32,000 nt of DNA from Candidatus Saccharimonadota bacterium (lineage in GTDB: Bacteria; Patescibacteriota; Gracilibacteria; BD1-5; UBA6164). The notes below the pieces were generated by a model, which did no database searches, was not told where the DNA came from, and saw only the letters and a program-made list of their open reading frames with translations. The translations under genes and the position numbers were made by a program. The stretch covers positions 30,001-62,000 of the forward strand of contig CP042461.1 of NCBI GenBank assembly GCA_004563595.2, given 5' to 3'. Below, piece by piece: positions 30,458 through 32,000 of this stretch; positions within the stretch are counted from its first letter, which is position 1, and the number at the start of each line of letters is the position of its first letter.

Positions 30458-31810
30458 TTATTTAGTTAATGAGTAATGCTTTCAAATATATGCTCATATT
30501 ATTAAAAACAGTAAATAACTTGTTGCTGCTTCTTCAAATGCGTGAGTGAAATTTGCCATGAAACATAAGCTCAAAAAAGCAGTGAGGAGTCATATAGAAA
30601 AATAGGTGGTTGTTTTTTGCATAATTTTATACAAAGCTATACTAATGAATATGAGTAAGCCAAGAAAGAAAAAGAGTCATAAAAAAGATTGTTCTAAAAG
30701 TATCTGTACATACCAGTTTTCGGGCAAGTACTTATATACTTCTATAGAGTTTATTGAACTCTTCCATCATACATCAGTTTCAAGTGGACCAATTTGAGTT
30801 GCAGGACCACTTGTTCATACTCCACTTCCAATGGGGTTATATAAAAACTTTTTTACAGCAAGAGCAAGATTATCAAATCTATTTATGAGAGATCATAAAT
30901 GAAGAAAAAGGCCTCTTTTTATAAACATAATGATAGTTGCAGAAACTGCTATGAGTATAGGAACTATTTTAAGCACCTTTTTTTGCTTGCTCGTGAGCTT
31001 TCACTTAAATATGAATTTATTCAGAAAGTAAAAGAATATAAATGCTCATATCATTAATCCCAACATAGATGTTTTTGAATATGAGAAAAAGACTGATGTG
31101 ACAACAAATAATGAAGGAATGGATATAAAGATACTTCTATATATATGATTTTTTACGGTATCTAATATATATCAAATATATAAAAAGAGGAATACAATAA
31201 GGAATACGGAAAACCTTATTGGTCAACCAAAAGAAGCTTGAAATCTATGATGTCATGAAACATTTTGAGAAAAACTAATACAAGAATTTGCATTATAGGT
31301 AGATACTTTATCTGAGTATCCAAAAAAATCTGAAACAAGAGCTATGTCTCCAAAAATATACCATGGAAGAAAAATAATTAAAATGAGTCATGTTGATGCA
31401 AATACACTTTTTAAAATGGTATCAATTGAATTTCTGATGCTGATAAGAGAAAAACCTGCAATGAGGGTAAAAATAAAAAATACATCATATTTAAACCCCA
31501 GAAGGTTATTTATCCCAACAGAAAAGAATGGAAAAAATATATAGAGGAGTGACGAAAATATAAACGCAACAGAGAATCATAATATATAGTTCCCTTGAAA
31601 TATCTTTCATATTTTAAAATGGTACCTTTTTAAAATACTATATGTTCAAATGAAAAGTAAAAAAATAACTATAAACTCTTTCCAGAATCTAATAATATCA
31701 GTATTGGCTCATAATTTACACTTTAAAATTGTAACAAATAATGCATGGAGGGGTAAAAAGAATGCAAAAAGTATGAGTAAAAGCTTCATAGGAATGTTTC
31801 AGAGTTTCAT
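30458..31810 (-). CDS. O-antigen ligase-like (Wzy_C family) polytopic membrane protein
   Basis: Minus-strand frame with TGA=Gly: MKLGNIPMKLLLILFAFFLPLHALFVTILK...SYSKTSMLGLMIGAFIFFYF...LYNPIGSGVGTSGPATQ...PENWYVQILLEQSFLGLFFFLGLLIFISIAL...*. Many hydrophobic segments, arranged as I remember for O-antigen ligase/polymerase-like proteins. Length 1353 nt, in frame. Alternative start ATG 31789. Confidence 0.75.
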
Positions 31811-31819
31811 AAATTATAG

Positions 31820-32000
31820 TTATTTAATTAAGTTTTTTAATCATTTTTCAAATATATCTTCAGAAAATTTTTCTGCCTGTTTTCTGCATTTTTCAGGGCT
31901 ATATACTTTGTTTCAGTTATTTATATCAAATTTGAGGAAATTTTCTATAAAATCAGATCAATCCTTTTCAGAGAAAAATTCTCATGTGATTCACTCAGAT
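31820..32000 (-). CDS. C-terminal end of a probable group 1 (GT4-like) glycosyltransferase (5' end outside window)
   Basis: Minus-strand frame from 31999: SEGITGEFFSEKDGSDFIENFLKFDINNGNKVYSPEKCRKQAEKFSEDIFEKGLKNLIK*. It resembles the E.G.tG.lf...d...l...i..l......m....r...e.FS tail of GT1/GT4 enzymes. Only 59 residues are visible, so the call is tentative. Confidence 0.45.

Noticed and set aside
1-32000. Mycoplasma/Spiroplasma-type code 4 (TGA=Trp), suggested by the low GC content and TGA read-through.
   Set aside because: TGA-aligned positions in L16, L14, S5, RuvB Walker A, the kinase P-loop and SerS are invariant Gly. TGG is also used separately for Trp, for example IWIRIF in L16 and SSW in S14.
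1-32000. Searched by eye for CRISPR arrays, rRNA/tRNA genes, transposase, integrase or reverse transcriptase genes, and DGR template/variable repeat pairs. DGRs often target large surface proteins in CPR genomes.
   Set aside because: I saw no regularly spaced direct repeats, no recognisable RNA gene, and no recombinase or RT motifs in any frame under table 25. A formal repeat or RT HMM search would still be worth running on the full contig.

Overview
AT-rich bacterial window in which TGA is a sense codon for glycine (translation table 25). That points to a Candidate Phyla Radiation genome of the Absconditabacteria (SR1) / Gracilibacteria type. The supplied standard-code ORF track is therefore fragmented and partly misleading: native genes appear as short pieces, and spurious antisense or off-frame ORFs appear where TGA is dense. 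I re-read the window by hand with TGA=Gly. Contents: (1) 1-7435, ribosomal protein cluster rplV-rpsC-rplP-rpmC-rpsQ-rplN-rplX-rplE-rpsN-rpsH-rplF-rplR-rpsE-rplO-secY. It has no L30 gene and ends at a very strong terminator straight after secY. (2) 7641-8780, a free-standing lipoprotein gene with no TGA codon. (3) 8985-9780, minus strand, a small hypothetical gene and def. (4) 9900-13782, tightly packed ruvB-udk-FemAB family-serS. (5) 13807-14478, a TGA-free membrane-anchored protein. (6) 14626-27111, one uninterrupted 4161-codon ORF for a giant secreted or surface protein. It carries Ig-like repeats, FG-GAP/integrin-like and Ca-binding motifs, an unusual Gly/Pro/Trp/Cys-rich hydrophobic module and an 11-residue Leu-Pro tandem repeat. 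(7) 27240-27695, a third TGA-free secreted protein. (8) 27747-32000, minus strand: an 881-aa secreted protein with an embedded type IV pilin-like globular domain, an O-antigen-ligase-like membrane protein, and the 3' end of a probable glycosyltransferase. I saw no tRNA, rRNA, CRISPR array, transposase or integrase. The most interesting signals are the giant-protein surface locus and the three code-neutral (TGA-free) secreted-protein ORFs inside an otherwise heavily recoded genome. All protein calls rest on manual translation and remembered family motifs; no database search was possible.
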